Shown here: positions 42,531 through 51,439 of the stretch, piece by piece
How positions within the stretch are numbered: the first letter of the stretch is position 1
Layout: the number at the start of each line of letters is the position of its first letter
DNA from: Myxococcales bacterium
GTDB taxonomy: Bacteria; Myxococcota_A; Polyangia; Fen-1088
DNA length: 64,000 nucleotides
Direction: 5' to 3'
Assembly: GCA_031431215.1 (NCBI GenBank)
Contig: JANPCZ010000120.1
Coordinates: 5,871-69,870 of the forward strand
Notes under the pieces: generated by a model
Seen by the model: the letters and a program-made list of their open reading frames with translations, nothing else
What the model was told of the DNA's origin: nothing
The model's database searches: none
Program-made: the position numbers and the translations under genes

Positions 42531-43568
42531 ATGTTCACTTCAGGTCGTGCTCTCGCTGTTGCGTTGTCGTTGTCTTTGGTGTCGGTGGCTTGTGACGCTG
42601 ATCCTCCCAAGCGTCCCGTCGCTGGTGGATCTGGAGGCCAAAACAACGGCTCTGCAGGCAGCATGGGCATGAGCGGGGGAACTGGTGGCGCAGGTATGGC
42701 GGGTATGACTGGGCGTGGCGGGATGGGTGGCGGTGCTGGAATGGGCGGTGCTGGAATGGGCGGCATGGCCGGCGCAAATCGCGACGCTGGACCTCCTGAG
42801 ACCCGCCCGACCGACGCCATGGCAGACGCCATGGCAGACGCCATGCCAGACGCCATGCCGCGGGCACTGGAGACCCTCCTGCCTCTGAAGTCCACCTGGA
42901 AGTACCTGGATGACGGTACGGATCAGATGACCGCGTGGAAGGGGCCAACGTTTAGCGATACCGCATGGAAGACGGGTCCCGCGCCACTCGGCTATGGCGA
43001 TGCGGGCAAGATGCTGACGGCAGCACTCCAGACGACAGTCACGTTCGGGGCCGACGCCACGATGAAGTTCGTCACGACGTATTTTCGTACGACGTTCACG
43101 CTCACGAACGTCCAGACGATCAAGACGGCCGTGCTGGAAATGTCGGTTGACGACGGTGCGGTCGTGTACATCAACGGCGTCGAGGTTGTGCCCCGGATCA
43201 ACATGCCGATGGCCGCCTTCGATTCGACCACGGTTGCCATGGGCAACAGAGGCGACAACGCCGGTATAAGCGACACGCTGGACATCATGCCGATCACCGC
43301 TCTGAAAGAGGGCATGAACGTCATAGCGGTCGAGGTCCATCAGAGCGTCCGGACCAGCTCGGACCTCATCATGGACCTGGCCCTCAAGGTCGAGCGCACG
43401 GCGGTCGCGACGGACGCTGGTGCGACTGACGCCGCCGACATGGCGGCGGTGATAACCGACGCAGGCGACGCCGCGGTTGACGCTGCGGGCTCCACCACCG
43501 ACACCACCACCACCACCGACGCTACCACCGACGCCACCGACGACGCGGTGGATGCGACCACTGGCTAG
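42531..43568 (+). CDS. Secreted protein: Gly/Met-rich linker plus PA14-like beta-sandwich domain
   Basis: Strong Shine-Dalgarno AGGAGAAACC before the ATG. Signal peptide. TTYFRTTF...EMSVDDGAVVYINGVEV resembles the PA14 core. Thr/Asp/Ala low-complexity tail. Confidence 0.5.
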   Translation: MFTSGRALAVALSLSLVSVACDADPPKRPVAGGSGGQNNGSAGSMGMSGGTGGAGMAGMTGRGGMGGGAGMGGAGMGGMAGANRDAGPPETRPTDAMADAMADAMPDAMPRALETLLPLKSTWKYLDDGTDQMTAWKGPTFSDTAWKTGPAPLGYGDAGKMLTAALQTTVTFGADATMKFVTTYFRTTFTLTNVQTIKTAVLEMSVDDGAVVYINGVEVVPRINMPMAAFDSTTVAMGNRGDNAGISDTLDIMPITALKEGMNVIAVEVHQSVRTSSDLIMDLALKVERTAVATDAGATDAADMAAVITDAGDAAVDAAGSTTDTTTTTDATTDATDDAVDATTG

Positions 43569-43679
43569 GCCCTAGTCTGGCCCAGAACAAGCCAGGTGCC
43601 GGCCCTCGGGGTCGACGCTTGGCTTTTCTAGTTGAACGCTGCCCACGGTAGACCATTCGCTCTCGGGAGTGTGCGCGCG

Positions 43680-44279
43680 ATGAGCATCGATGATCGGCAG
43701 TTTGTTCTGGGCGTCGACCTTGACGGCGTGGTGGCGGACTTCTACGCAGGCCTTCGGCCCATCGCCGCCGAATGGCTCGGCGTTGCCATCGACACGCTGA
43801 CACCCACCCCCGGTTACGGCCTCGCCGAATGGAACCTCGCTTCGGCGGGCAGCTACGACGATCTGCACAGGTTCGCGGTCACCCAGCGCAATCTGTTTCG
43901 CGAACTACGCCCCATCCCTGGCGCGACCGCCAGCCTGCGTAGGCTGTCCCAGACCGCGATCAGGATTCGCATCATCACGCATCGCCTGTTCATCAGGTAT
44001 TTCCACGAACAGGCCGTGCAGCAGACCGTGGCGTGGCTGGAACATCACGGCATCCCGTACTGGGATCTGTGCTTCATGAAGGACAAAGCGGCGGTCGGCG
44101 CGGATCTTTACGTCGAGGACTCACCGGCGAACGTCAGCGCCTTGCGCGCTGACGGACACCCCACCATCGTCTTTTCGAACGCCGCGAATCTGGGCGTCGC
44201 CGGTCCGCGCGCGGGATCGTGGGACGATCTAGAGCAGATGGTGCGGCAAGAGCAGCAAAAATGGGCGGCGCGCTCATGA
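43680..44279 (+). CDS. HAD-like 5'(3')-deoxyribonucleotidase-family protein
   Basis: ATG 43680. Motif LGVDLDGVVADFY (DxDG). Confidence 0.65.
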   Translation: MSIDDRQFVLGVDLDGVVADFYAGLRPIAAEWLGVAIDTLTPTPGYGLAEWNLASAGSYDDLHRFAVTQRNLFRELRPIPGATASLRRLSQTAIRIRIITHRLFIRYFHEQAVQQTVAWLEHHGIPYWDLCFMKDKAAVGADLYVEDSPANVSALRADGHPTIVFSNAANLGVAGPRAGSWDDLEQMVRQEQQKWAARS

Positions 44280-44303
44280 CGACTGCGATAGTGCGGCCGC
44301 GGC

Positions 44304-45107
44304 TCAGCCCAGGCCCAGGACCGCGCGCATGTCGTACAAGCCCGGCGGCTTGTCTGCGACCCACAGCGCCGCGCGCACGGCGCCGCGTGCGAAGGTGTCG
44401 CGCGACGACGCCCGATGGGTGATCTCGATGCGGTCGCCCATGCCGAGGAAGAACACCGTGTGATCGCCGACCACGTCGCCGCCGCGCACGGTCTGCACGC
44501 CGATCTCGGCGTCGGTGCGTGGGCCGATGTCGCCGTGGCGATCGTAGCGGGCATTCTTGGCCACATCGCGGCCGGTGGCCTCCGCGACCGATTCGAGAAG
44601 TCGCAGCGCGGTGCCCGAGGGCGCGTCGCGCTTGAGGCGGTGGTGGGTCTCGACGATCTCGATGTCATACCCGGGGCCGAGCGCGCGTGCGGCGTCGGCC
44701 ACCAGCTTCAACATCACGCTGACGCCGACTGACGTGTTGGCCGCCAGCACGATCGCGGTCGATTGCGCCGCCTGGGCGATCTGCGCGCGATCGCTCGCTG
44801 ATAGCCCGGTCGTGCCGATCACCATACGCGCCCCGGCGGCGGCCGCGGCGTGCGCGTGGGCAACCGAGGCTGCCGGCGCCGAGAAGTCGATCCACACGTC
44901 GCCGTCACCGGCGCCGAGGGCTGCGGCTTTCACCACCACGCCGAGCGCGGCGCCGCCGGCCAGCACACCCGCGTCCTGACCAAGGTTGGGATCGCCCGCG
45001 CGCTCGACCGCGGCGCCCAGCTTGAGGCCGTCGGTCTCGGTCACGGCGCGTATGATGGCGCGGCCCATCTTGCCGGCCGCGCCGCACACTGCGATGCGCG
45101 CGCTCAT
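44304..45107 (-). CDS. dapB: 4-hydroxy-tetrahydrodipicolinate reductase
   Basis: MSARIAVCGAAGKMGRAII Rossmann N-terminus. ATG 45107 overlaps the dapA stop (TGATG). Confidence 0.9.
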   Translation of the reverse strand: MSARIAVCGAAGKMGRAIIRAVTETDGLKLGAAVERAGDPNLGQDAGVLAGGAALGVVVKAAALGAGDGDVWIDFSAPAASVAHAHAAAAAGARMVIGTTGLSASDRAQIAQAAQSTAIVLAANTSVGVSVMLKLVADAARALGPGYDIEIVETHHRLKRDAPSGTALRLLESVAEATGRDVAKNARYDRHGDIGPRTDAEIGVQTVRGGDVVGDHTVFFLGMGDRIEITHRASSRDTFARGAVRAALWVADKPPGLYDMRAVLGLG

Positions 45108-45979
45108 CAGAGAAGCTTCAGGTCCGCCAGCATCTTGCGGACCTTGTCGCGGTTGGCGCCGGTCATTGTATAGAGCGGCGCGCGAATCTCGTCGGCCATG
45201 CGCCCCATCATGGCCAGCGCGCACTTGACCGGGATCGGGTTCGCCTCGATGAACAGGCCCTCGGACAGCGGGAAGGTCTTGTAGTGCAGCTCGCGCGCTT
45301 TGTGCCAGTTGCCGGCCGCGAACGCGTCCCACATGCCCGCGAAGTCGGCCGGCGCCACATTCGACACCACCGAGATCACGCCCTTGGCGCCAACCGCGAA
45401 CAGTGGGAACGCCGTGGCATCGTCGCCCGACAGCACGGTCATGCGATCGCCACAGCGAGCGATGATCTGCGCGGCCCGCTGCAAGTTCCCGGTGGCTTCC
45501 TTGACCGCCACGACCAGCGGCACGTCGCACAGGCGCTCGACGGTCTCGGGCAACAGATCGCAGCCGGTGCGGCCGGGCACGTTGTAGACCACCGTGGGTA
45601 GCTGCGCTTCGTCGACGATGGCCTTGAAGTGCCGGTAAAGCCCGTCCTGGGTCGGCTTGTTGTAGTACGGGGTGACCTGCAGCATGCCGTCGGCGCCCAG
45701 CCGCTTGGCCTCGCGTGACAGCTCGATGGCCTCCTTGGTGGAGTTCGCGCCGGTGCCGGCTATCACCGGCACGCGCTTGCGGGTTTCCTCGATGACCAGC
45801 TCGATGACCCGTAGGTGCTCTTCATTAGACAAGGTGGGCGACTCGCCCGTGGTACCGACCGGGACCAGCCCGTCGATGCCGGCCGCGATCTGCTCGTTGA
45901 CCAGGCGGCGCAGCGCCTCCTCGTCGAGGACGCCGCCGCGGAACGGCGTCACAAGCGCGGTGATGACTCCGGTGAACAT
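45107..45979 (-). CDS. dapA: 4-hydroxy-tetrahydrodipicolinate synthase
   Basis: DapA/NAL fold with TALVTPF, GTTGES and active-site Lys region. Confidence 0.92.
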   Translation of the reverse strand: MFTGVITALVTPFRGGVLDEEALRRLVNEQIAAGIDGLVPVGTTGESPTLSNEEHLRVIELVIEETRKRVPVIAGTGANSTKEAIELSREAKRLGADGMLQVTPYYNKPTQDGLYRHFKAIVDEAQLPTVVYNVPGRTGCDLLPETVERLCDVPLVVAVKEATGNLQRAAQIIARCGDRMTVLSGDDATAFPLFAVGAKGVISVVSNVAPADFAGMWDAFAAGNWHKARELHYKTFPLSEGLFIEANPIPVKCALAMMGRMADEIRAPLYTMTGANRDKVRKMLADLKLL

Positions 45980-46118
45980 GGCCGCGAAGGTATCACGGCT
46001 AGACCGCGCAGGGCGAGGTCACGGTAGTCCCTGTCGGAAGCCCTCGATGCGCACGTTGCGGAACTCGACCACGTCGCTGTCGCTGACCTAGCCAGTGAGC
46101 CGGACGGTGTAATACTAG

Positions 46119-46406
46119 GGCATCCTCAAGAAGGATCTGGCCCAGGCGTCCCGGTTCGCGTTGCTAGGTGAGGCCTTCGGCGTCGCCGTGGTACGCGCCG
46201 AGACCAACATCACCGCGCGCCAGGCCACGCGGGTGGAAATGCGTCTGCTCGACCTGCGGCCGCCCGGGGTGGTGCGGGTGGTCGACCAGAAAACCTATGC
46301 CAGCGACGGCCGGCCGGTCGAACACGGCATCTCGGTGCTGCACCCCGAGCGGCATCCCTTGTCGCTGGTACAGGAAGAAAACCGTCGCTCACTGGGGGTG
46401 GTGTGA
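46119..46406 (+). pseudogene. Remnant of a GntR/HutC-family regulator; only the C-terminal third of the UTRA domain survives
   Basis: LGEAFGVAVVRAETNITARQATRVEMRLLDLRPPGVVRVVDQKTYASDGRPVEHGISVLHPERHPLSL aligns to the end of UTRA effector domains. In-frame TAG/TAA stops lie just upstream at about 46110-46118. Only about 180 bp separates it from dapA, so the HTH and most of UTRA are absent. Confidence 0.5.
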
Positions 46407-47464
46407 TGCCTGCCGGCAGCGTGCCGGGATCGTTGTTGCGGAGTGAGATCGCGAGCCAGCCCGACGAGATCACGGGCTTTCTCGATCGCCAGGCCGAGCG
46501 GGTGTGGGCGCTGGCAGGAAAGTTGCCGCCGTTCTCGTACGCGCTGGTCGCCGCGCGCGGCAGCTCGGACCACGCCGCTACCTATGCACGCTACGCGTGG
46601 GGGGCGCTGGCGAGGCTGCCAGTGTTGCCAGCAACACCGTCGCTGCACACGCTGTATCGAACGCCGCCGCAGCTCGACCACGCGCTGGTACTGGGTATCT
46701 CGCAGTCAGGCCAGTCGCCCGACGTGGTGGCCGTGATCGAGGACGCGCGCCGCCAGGGTCGCCCCACCATTGCCATCACCAACGACGGCGACTCGCCGTT
46801 GGCCCAAGCCGCCGACCACATCATCGAGCTTGGTTTGTCCACCGAGCGCAGCATCGCCGCGACCAAGACGTACACCGGCCAGCTGGCGGCGGTGGCGCTG
46901 CTGGGGGCGGCGTTCTCGCGTGATCGCGCGCGCCTGGACGAGGTCATGCGCGTGCCCGATGCAGTGGCGCGCACTCTGGCGGCGGCGGCGGCACCCGCGG
47001 CGCTGGCGGCGGCGAGGTTGCGCGGCATCAGCGGCATCCTGTGCATCGCGCGCGGCATGAACGACGCGACGGCACACGAGCTGGCGCTGAAGCTGCGTGA
47101 GCTTCTGCGCCTGTCGACCGACGCGTTCTCGGCGGCAGACTTCCGTCACGGATCGATCGCGCTGGTCGCTGACGGGCAGCCTTTGCTGCTGATCATGCCC
47201 GCGGGGCTGGCGTACGAGGACATGCGGACGCTTGCCGGCGAGGTGCGCGAGCGCGGTGGCGACGTGACCGTGATCAGCGACCAGGCAACTGCCGCTGTCG
47301 ACGCTGCCAGCTTCTTGCCGATGGCGGCCGGGGTGCCCGAATGGCTGACCCCGCTGGTCGCGGTGCTGCCGGGCCAGTTGCTAGCGGTCGAGCTGGCGCT
47401 GGCCCGCGGCCTCGATCCGGACCGGCCACGCGGACTACCCGAAAAAGTCGTTCGCACGTTGTGA
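46403..47464 (+). CDS. SIS-domain sugar-phosphate isomerase/deaminase (AgaS/NagB-II/FrlB-like, two SIS domains)
   Basis: Two SIS repeats (GSSDHAATYARY... and GMNDATAHELALKLRE...). GTG/ATG start overlaps the upstream remnant's stop. Confidence 0.75.
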   Translation: MMPAGSVPGSLLRSEIASQPDEITGFLDRQAERVWALAGKLPPFSYALVAARGSSDHAATYARYAWGALARLPVLPATPSLHTLYRTPPQLDHALVLGISQSGQSPDVVAVIEDARRQGRPTIAITNDGDSPLAQAADHIIELGLSTERSIAATKTYTGQLAAVALLGAAFSRDRARLDEVMRVPDAVARTLAAAAAPAALAAARLRGISGILCIARGMNDATAHELALKLRELLRLSTDAFSAADFRHGSIALVADGQPLLLIMPAGLAYEDMRTLAGEVRERGGDVTVISDQATAAVDAASFLPMAAGVPEWLTPLVAVLPGQLLAVELALARGLDPDRPRGLPEKVVRTL

Positions 47465-47680
47465 GCCCGGACGTCCACATCGGCTCGATCTCGGCGGCAC
47501 CAAGCGGTTCGCCGAGATCGTGACCGCCGATGGCGGCGTGAAGCGCTGGGGCGAGGATCAGGCCTGCTGCTCCGAGACGGTCAACTGAAGAGCTGTCCAT
47601 CAATTGGGCAGGTCTTTAGTAGCCGAGCCAATGGCTCGCCCGCAGGTGTGGTGAAGTCCGAGAATTCACTTCGCGGACGA

Positions 47681-47710
47681 GGGGCGGGCTGCGGCCCACC
47701 CCTTTTCAAA
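47681..47710 (+). terminator. Candidate intrinsic terminator (imperfect GC hairpin plus TTTT)
   Basis: GGGGCGGGCTGCGGCCCACCCCTTTTCAAA, about 215 bp after the SIS gene stop and between convergent genes. Confidence 0.35.
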
Positions 47711-47751
47711 TGTTCAAGTCGGGTCTATTTTTCTGGACACGTCTTGAGCGC

Positions 47752-49701
47752 CTACGGCGCGGTGCAGGTCCCCTGGAGGGCGTTGCCGAATCCGGTGCAC
47801 CGATTGGGCGCGGTACAGGTGCGGTTCGAGCAGCACGCCTGGCCGACGCCGCCGCACGGGGAGCACGTAGAGTTGCCAAGGCCTCCAGCTGTACAGACGT
47901 TGGTTGTCGAGGAGCAGTATCTGCCGGGGCAGCAGGCTTGTCCCTGCGCGCCGCACGCGGTGCAAGCTCCCGGATCAGCTCCGGTGCAAGCTGTGCCAGC
48001 CACTGTGCAAGTGCGATTGGTGCAACAGGGTTGGCTCAGCCCGCCGCAGGTCCCACACGAACCCATCGCGCAGGTACCGCCCAGGGTCGGGCACATGCTG
48101 CCGGAGGCGGTGCAGACACTGCCGGATCCGCAGCACCCGGTGCCACAGCCGCCGCCCGCGCAGCACTCCTGGCCTGCGCCACCACACGCGCGGCATGTGC
48201 CGCCGCCGCCGCCGGCACCTCCACCGAGACAACCAGTCCCCGCCGCCGTGCAGGTCCTGCCGGGGCAGCATTGCTGGCCTGCAGCTCCGCAGCTCTGGCA
48301 GGTGCTGCCGAAGGCGGTCACCAAGCACATGGCCCCGGCGGTGTTGCACACCTGGTTGGCGCAGCAAGGCTGGCCAACGCCACCACATGTCAGGCAGGTG
48401 TTGGTTTGAGCTTCGCAAAGCAGGGTGGCGTTGCACATGGCCCCCGAGCAACAAGGTTGTCCCATCGCACCGCAGGCCTGCTGACAAATTCCGGCGCCGC
48501 CGCCCTGGATGTTGCAACCAAGTCCGGCACCGCAGGTTCGATTGGCGCAGCAGATTGTCCCGGCGGTTCCGCAGACCAGACAACTGTTACCCGCGCCCCC
48601 GCCTGTGCACCGCGTTCCGGCCCCGCAAATGTTGCCAGCGCAGCAGGGCTGGCCTGGCCCACCACAAGTCTGGCAGGTGCCGTTGCCGCAGATGAGGCCA
48701 GCGCCCGTGCAGGTATCGCCAGCGCAACACGCTTGCCCCGCCGCTTGGCCGCAAGTGGCACAGCTGCCCCCCGTGCAGCGTGAGTTGGCCGCAGTACAGG
48801 TGTTGTTCGCGCAGCACGGTTGCCCTGGGGCGCCGCAAGTGCCGCACGAGCCGTTCATACAGGTTCCCGGATTGCCGGGGCAGGTGCTGCCGGTGGCAGT
48901 GCACGTATTGGCAACACAGCAGCCGCCATTGGCGCAAGAGTTCCCGGGACAACAGACCTGGCCTGCTGCACCACACGATTGGCACAAGTTGTTCCCGCCG
49001 CAAGTGGCATTCGCAGCACAGCTAGCGCCAGCGCAGCAGTTCTCGCCAGGATCGCCGCAATCTCTGCAGGTGCCGCCCAGGCAGACCGCCCCGACGACAC
49101 AGGCCACTCCGCCGACGCAACAAGCCTCGCCCGGGTCGCCACAGTTCGGGTTGGCGCCGCCTGCGCCACCGGCGCCGGCCATGCCGCCAGTACCACCTGC
49201 GCCTGCCATGCCGCCGGTGCCGGCCATTCCTCCAGCTCCGCCAGTGCCAGCCATTCCACCAATCCCGCCCGCGCCACCGGCGCCGGCGCTTCCGCCAGCA
49301 CCCGCCGCCCCGCCGGCTCCGCCTGCACCGCCCGCCGCTCCCGCGCTACCCGCGGCGCCACCCGCGCCGCCCGCCTGCCCGCTGGCGCCGCCCCCGCTAC
49401 CAGCACCTCCGTCGCTCCCCCCGCGGCTGCCGGCGCTGCCGCCCGCGCTGCCGTCGACGCTACTACCACCCGACCCGCCGCCGACGCTGCTCCCGGCACC
49501 GCCGCCACGTCCGCCGAGGCCGCTTCCGGCACCGCCGCCGCCACCGCTGCCAGCCTCGCCCGAGACCGAATCGTCGCTGGCGTCTTTCTCGTCAAGCTTG
49601 TTGTTGCCGCCACCGCCGCATGCGATCAGCACGGTCGCGGCGCCGGCGAGGCAGAACGAGGAAAACGAAAACTGGGCTGAGCGTCGGCGGGTCGAAGTCA
49701 T
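47752..49701 (-). CDS. Cysteine-rich tandem-repeat lipoprotein (about 650 aa)
   Basis: ATG 49701 (MTSTRRRSAQFSFSSFCLAGAATVLIAC, lipobox). About 120 aa of Gly/Ala/Met linker. About 21 tandem units of roughly 23 aa with consensus CGxxGQxCCxxxxCxxxxxC. The antisense Pro-rich 450-aa ORF is rejected. Confidence 0.7.
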   Translation of the reverse strand: MTSTRRRSAQFSFSSFCLAGAATVLIACGGGGNNKLDEKDASDDSVSGEAGSGGGGGAGSGLGGRGGGAGSSVGGGSGGSSVDGSAGGSAGSRGGSDGGAGSGGGASGQAGGAGGAAGSAGAAGGAGGAGGAAGAGGSAGAGGAGGIGGMAGTGGAGGMAGTGGMAGAGGTGGMAGAGGAGGANPNCGDPGEACCVGGVACVVGAVCLGGTCRDCGDPGENCCAGASCAANATCGGNNLCQSCGAAGQVCCPGNSCANGGCCVANTCTATGSTCPGNPGTCMNGSCGTCGAPGQPCCANNTCTAANSRCTGGSCATCGQAAGQACCAGDTCTGAGLICGNGTCQTCGGPGQPCCAGNICGAGTRCTGGGAGNSCLVCGTAGTICCANRTCGAGLGCNIQGGGAGICQQACGAMGQPCCSGAMCNATLLCEAQTNTCLTCGGVGQPCCANQVCNTAGAMCLVTAFGSTCQSCGAAGQQCCPGRTCTAAGTGCLGGGAGGGGGTCRACGGAGQECCAGGGCGTGCCGSGSVCTASGSMCPTLGGTCAMGSCGTCGGLSQPCCTNRTCTVAGTACTGADPGACTACGAQGQACCPGRYCSSTTNVCTAGGLGNSTCSPCGGVGQACCSNRTCTAPNRCTGFGNALQGTCTAP

Positions 49702-49790
49702 CTGTTCCCTTTCCACACCATCAGTTAGTCGAATCAGTCGCGCACGTCACAGCCGCAACGGGCGCCAGAGTAAACGTCCTTGCCTTTTTA

Positions 49791-50621
49791 CTAAAGAGGA
49801 ATGTGCGACCCGCTGGGCGGTCGCAACACAGTGGCGTGGAAGGCGGCGAGGCGGTCGATGAACCCTTCCTTGTCGAACAGGTGTGGCGAGTGGCCACCGG
49901 GCAACTCGACCAACTCTCGCTGCGGCAGCTCGGCGGCCAGGCCGTCGATGATGCGGTGGAGGAAGTGGGCCGAGCCGGATCCCTTGATCAGCAGCGTTGG
50001 CCTTCCGAACGCGCGCAGCCGGGCCGCCGTGTCGTCATGAGCCCATGGTGCGTCACCGGTGATCAAACCCTGCCGATGGGCGGCCAGCACGGGCCAGCCT
50101 GGCATCGCGCGCGGATCGCTGCCGGGTGCGCAGAACCCCGTCCGCGCAAGGAACCCGGCGAGGGCGGCCTCGCTCACAACATCGCGGATCTGCCGATTCA
50201 AGCCGCGCATCTCGTCGGCATCGTGGAGCGCCTGGGCGTCCGCGCCGCAGGTCGCGCGCAGCACCCAGAAGGCTGGCGGTTCGATCAGCACCAACGATCG
50301 CACGCGTCCCGGGGCACCGAGCGCGAAGTCGAGCGCGATCACGCCGCCGTAGGACCACGCCACCAGATCGACGGGTTTCGTGATCGCGAGTGCGTCCAGG
50401 GCGGCACCCAGTGCGCCAGCTTCCAGGCGCACGCTGTACCCGGGTGGCAACGCACGACCGTCGAGGCCGTGCTCGACCGACAGGAGCTGCATGCGGACTG
50501 CTCGTCGGTCGTGCGCGAGCTGACGCTGATGCCACTCCCAGCTCAGCCAGCCGGTCACCACGCCGCCCAGCAGCACGACCGGCGTTCCGCCCTCGCCCCG
50601 CGAGTTAGTAAGCATCTTCAT
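49791..50621 (-). CDS. Alpha/beta-hydrolase fold protein
   Basis: Trimmed to ATG 50621 (MKMLTNSRGEGGTPVVLLGG). Nucleophile elbow AWSYGG and C-terminal His. Confidence 0.75.
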   Translation of the reverse strand: MKMLTNSRGEGGTPVVLLGGVVTGWLSWEWHQRQLAHDRRAVRMQLLSVEHGLDGRALPPGYSVRLEAGALGAALDALAITKPVDLVAWSYGGVIALDFALGAPGRVRSLVLIEPPAFWVLRATCGADAQALHDADEMRGLNRQIRDVVSEAALAGFLARTGFCAPGSDPRAMPGWPVLAAHRQGLITGDAPWAHDDTAARLRAFGRPTLLIKGSGSAHFLHRIIDGLAAELPQRELVELPGGHSPHLFDKEGFIDRLAAFHATVLRPPSGSHIPL

Positions 50622-50671
50622 GCACGCACTCGACGGTGGTGATGCTACGGTTTGCGTCGTGGCGCAAGCGC
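50579..50671. repeat. 93-bp direct repeat, copy A (about 89% identical to copy B)
   Basis: Aligned by hand: 83/93 identities with 52001-52093. Contains the hydrolase start codon on the minus strand. Confidence 0.85.
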
Positions 50672-50732
50672 AGGAGATCGGGCCTGCAGCCTGGCGCTGC
50701 CTCGGCGGGGTGCTCGTGCTACCGTCTCCCGA

Positions 50733-51191
50733 GTGAATCTGGTCGAGGAATTGCACGCGATCGCGGCGGCGTTCGTTGGGGCCGGGATTCGCCATGCGGT
50801 GTGCGGGGGCGTGGCGGTGACGGTGCATGGGGCGACCCGATCGACCAAGGACATCGATGTCCTCATCGCGCCCGAGGACCTTCCGCGAGCCCTGGATGCT
50901 GTGCGATCGCTGGGCTATGTCTTCCCGTCCCATCCCATGGTGTTTGACGAGGGGACGGCTCGCGAGCGCCATGTCCAGCGCGTGAGCAAGATTGTGGGCG
51001 GCGATCATCTGATGCTGGACCTTCTGTCCGAGAAAGCCGCTTTTGTGGGTTTTCTTGAGGGCCGCATCGAGGTCGTCCTGCCCGAGGGGCCGCTGGTGGT
51101 CGTCTCTCGCGACGTCCTCCTTCGGATGAAACGCCTGGCCGGCCGACCGCAAGACGTCGCCGATCTGGAGAAACTGGAGTCAGAATCGTGA
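50733..51191 (+). CDS. Minimal nucleotidyltransferase (Pol-beta superfamily, MNT-like)
   Basis: CGGVAVTVHGATRSTKDIDVLI fits the GS/GG-x(9-13)-DxD NTase motif. C-terminal RMKRLAGRPQDVADLEKL. Start is uncertain: GTG 50733, or ATG 50652 inside the repeat. Confidence 0.55.
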   Translation: MNLVEELHAIAAAFVGAGIRHAVCGGVAVTVHGATRSTKDIDVLIAPEDLPRALDAVRSLGYVFPSHPMVFDEGTARERHVQRVSKIVGGDHLMLDLLSEKAAFVGFLEGRIEVVLPEGPLVVVSRDVLLRMKRLAGRPQDVADLEKLESES

Positions 51192-51439
51192 TGCCTGCCG
51201 GACCGCCGCCCGGTGTGGCCGAACGGCTGGCTGCCCTTTCCGCGCTTTATGTCCCCGAACGTGTCGTCGACGCGCATGCGCGCCTTGAGCGCGAACGCTC
51301 CGTGATCAACCAGCGCTTCGAGATCGCGGTGGCACGCCGCCTGCGCGAGTTACGCGCGCTGTGCGAACTCGCCCGCCACCTTCAGCAGGTGCAGGTACAG
51401 GTACAGGTGCGTGGTGCTGACAAACCACGGACCAGCTGA
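51188..51439 (+). CDS. Small hypothetical protein, translationally coupled to the NTase gene
   Basis: ATG overlaps the NTase stop (GTGATG). 83 aa, Arg/Leu-rich helical, ending in a (CAGGTR)n-encoded QVQVQV tract. No recognisable domain. Confidence 0.3.
   Translation: MMPAGPPPGVAERLAALSALYVPERVVDAHARLERERSVINQRFEIAVARRLRELRALCELARHLQQVQVQVQVRGADKPRTS

Noticed and set aside
46161-46170. ORF-track start coordinate of the UTRA fragment (46164) versus the codon actually present
   Set aside because: Position 46164 reads CTA. The listed 81-aa translation requires TTG at 46161. This is a minor coordinate inconsistency that does not affect the call, and the feature was annotated from 46119 as a remnant.
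48509-49861. 450-aa plus-strand Pro/Ala/Gln-rich ORF (and 47710..48783+) antisense to the Cys-repeat lipoprotein gene
   Set aside because: Antisense of GGC/TGC-rich codons gives GCC/GCA Pro/Ala runs. No signal peptide or regular motif. The minus frame has a lipobox and 21 regular Cys units.
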